DNA of 24,000 nt from Abiotrophia defectiva ATCC 49176 (lineage in GTDB: Bacteria > Bacillota > Bacilli > Lactobacillales > Aerococcaceae): NCBI RefSeq assembly GCF_037041345.1, contig NZ_CP146287.1:358236-382235 (forward strand). Reading direction: 5' to 3'. The notes under the pieces are model-generated. The model was not told the DNA's origin. It ran no database searches and saw nothing but the letters and a program-made list of their open reading frames with translations. Shown piece by piece: positions 23,474-24,000 of the stretch (positions within the stretch are counted from its first letter, which is position 1; every line of letters starts with the position of its first letter). Made by a program: the position numbers and the translations under genes.

Positions 23474-23608
23474 GCACAACCATAACTTAGTACTAACCCT
23501 AGGTTGGCCTTATATAAACAAAACAACGCTAGCGTCAACTAGCGTTGTTTTTATAGTATTTTATTCGTATAATATGACTGTATCCTACCATCAAAAGGAG
23601 CCCTCACC

Positions 23609-24000
23609 GTGTCCAATTATTTTCAATCGCAACTTACTAAATCTCTCCAGCATGGCTTCATTCATCGCCATGACTATCCGGATGGCAACTATGCCCCGCA
23701 GATTCTCATTAATAAGCCGGCCAAGGGGGCCCATGTTCTCACCGCTATTCAAGATGAGCTTCTTAAGTGTGATCGTTTCTACTTCTCTGTGGCCTTTATC
23801 TCCAAGGCTGGGATTGCCATGCTTAAGACTCAACTCTCGGATCTGGCTGATCGCGGGGTAGAAGGCTACATCCTGATTTCGCCCTATCTAGGTTTCAATG
23901 ATCCGGATGCTATGCGGGAGCTGCTCAAGCTATCCAATGTTCAGGTGCGGCTGACCCGTGAGGAGCTCAATATGCATGCCAAGTGCTATCTCTTCCAACA
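23609..24000 (+). CDS. N-terminal PLD-like (HKD) nuclease domain of a probable DUF3427-type helicase; the 3' end lies outside the window
   Basis: This ORF is not in the supplied track because it runs off the edge. The start is GTG at 23609 (SD AAAGGAG 8 nt upstream). My translation is MSNYFQSQLTKSLQHGFIHRHD...YAPQILINKP...RFYFSVAFISKAGIAMLKTQLSDLADRGVEGYILISPYLGFNDP...NMHAKCYLFQ. It contains the HxK motif (HAK). Confidence 0.65.
   Translation, partial: MSNYFQSQLTKSLQHGFIHRHDYPDGNYAPQILINKPAKGAHVLTAIQDELLKCDRFYFSVAFISKAGIAMLKTQLSDLADRGVEGYILISPYLGFNDPDAMRELLKLSNVQVRLTREELNMHAKCYLFQ

Noticed and set aside
23114-23861. Track ORFs 23114-23479 (minus), 23361-23861 (plus) and 23591-23833 (minus)
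   Set aside because: The first two run through the CRISPR repeats and spacers, and their peptides repeat with the array. The third is antisense to the better-supported PLD-nuclease ORF, which starts at 23609 with a strong SD.

Overview
This 24-kb window comes from a low-GC Firmicute, probably a Lactobacillales-type genome judging by strong GGAGG ribosome-binding sites, the PTS operon and a CW_7-type endolysin. Every gene I can support is on the + strand. I found no tRNA, rRNA, transposase or integrase. Protein family names are recognised by eye from motifs, with no searches run, so they are hypotheses.

The window is a mosaic, from left to right:
1. 1-4119: the 3' part of a very large SF2 helicase fused to an Eco57I-like N6-adenine methyltransferase domain. 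It is truncated at the window edge.
2. 4.2-4.6 kb: a type I toxin-antitoxin locus, with a small hydrophobic holin-like toxin peptide and a convergent antisense RNA.
3. 4804-5514: a stand-alone AT-rich four-TM membrane protein.
4. 5.7-12.9 kb: a seven-gene PTS operon. It encodes a PRD/LicR-type regulator, an M42 peptidase, lactose/cellobiose-family EIIA, EIIB and EIIC, an M24 Xaa-Pro peptidase and a MalY/PatB-type C-S lyase. It has no glycosidase.
5. About 13.0-13.2 kb: a palindromic repeat element.
6. 13.3-17.2 kb: an AT-rich accessory islet. It holds a membrane-anchored unknown protein plus an AbiH-like protein, a second truncated copy of the toxin/antisense locus, a signal-less DNA/RNA non-specific-endonuclease-like protein, and a DUF4177-like small protein.
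7. 17.7-23.1 kb: a GC-rich (about 55%) phage-like module with no structural genes. It encodes an XRE regulator, a DUF3102-like protein, an ORF6C-like protein, a sigma/ArpU-like regulator, a DUF1659/DUF2922 pair, a heptad-repeat TM protein, a holin and a CHAP+CW_7 endolysin.
8. 23224-23473: a four-repeat mini-CRISPR array with a type III-A-like repeat and no cas genes in view.
9. 23609-24000: the start of a PLD(HKD)-nuclease N-terminus typical of DUF3427-type helicases.

The most unusual observations are:
- three tandem 43-nt units at the end of the sigma-like gene, each re-encoding the same C-terminal peptide plus a stop codon, differing almost only at synonymous sites;
- the orphan type III-like mini-array in the moron position after the lysin;
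- gapless 178-nt direct repeats of the toxin/antisense locus bracketing 10.9 kb;
- a 102-103-nt tandem palindromic element present at two loci;
- a cytoplasmic non-specific-nuclease-like gene in the AT-rich islet.
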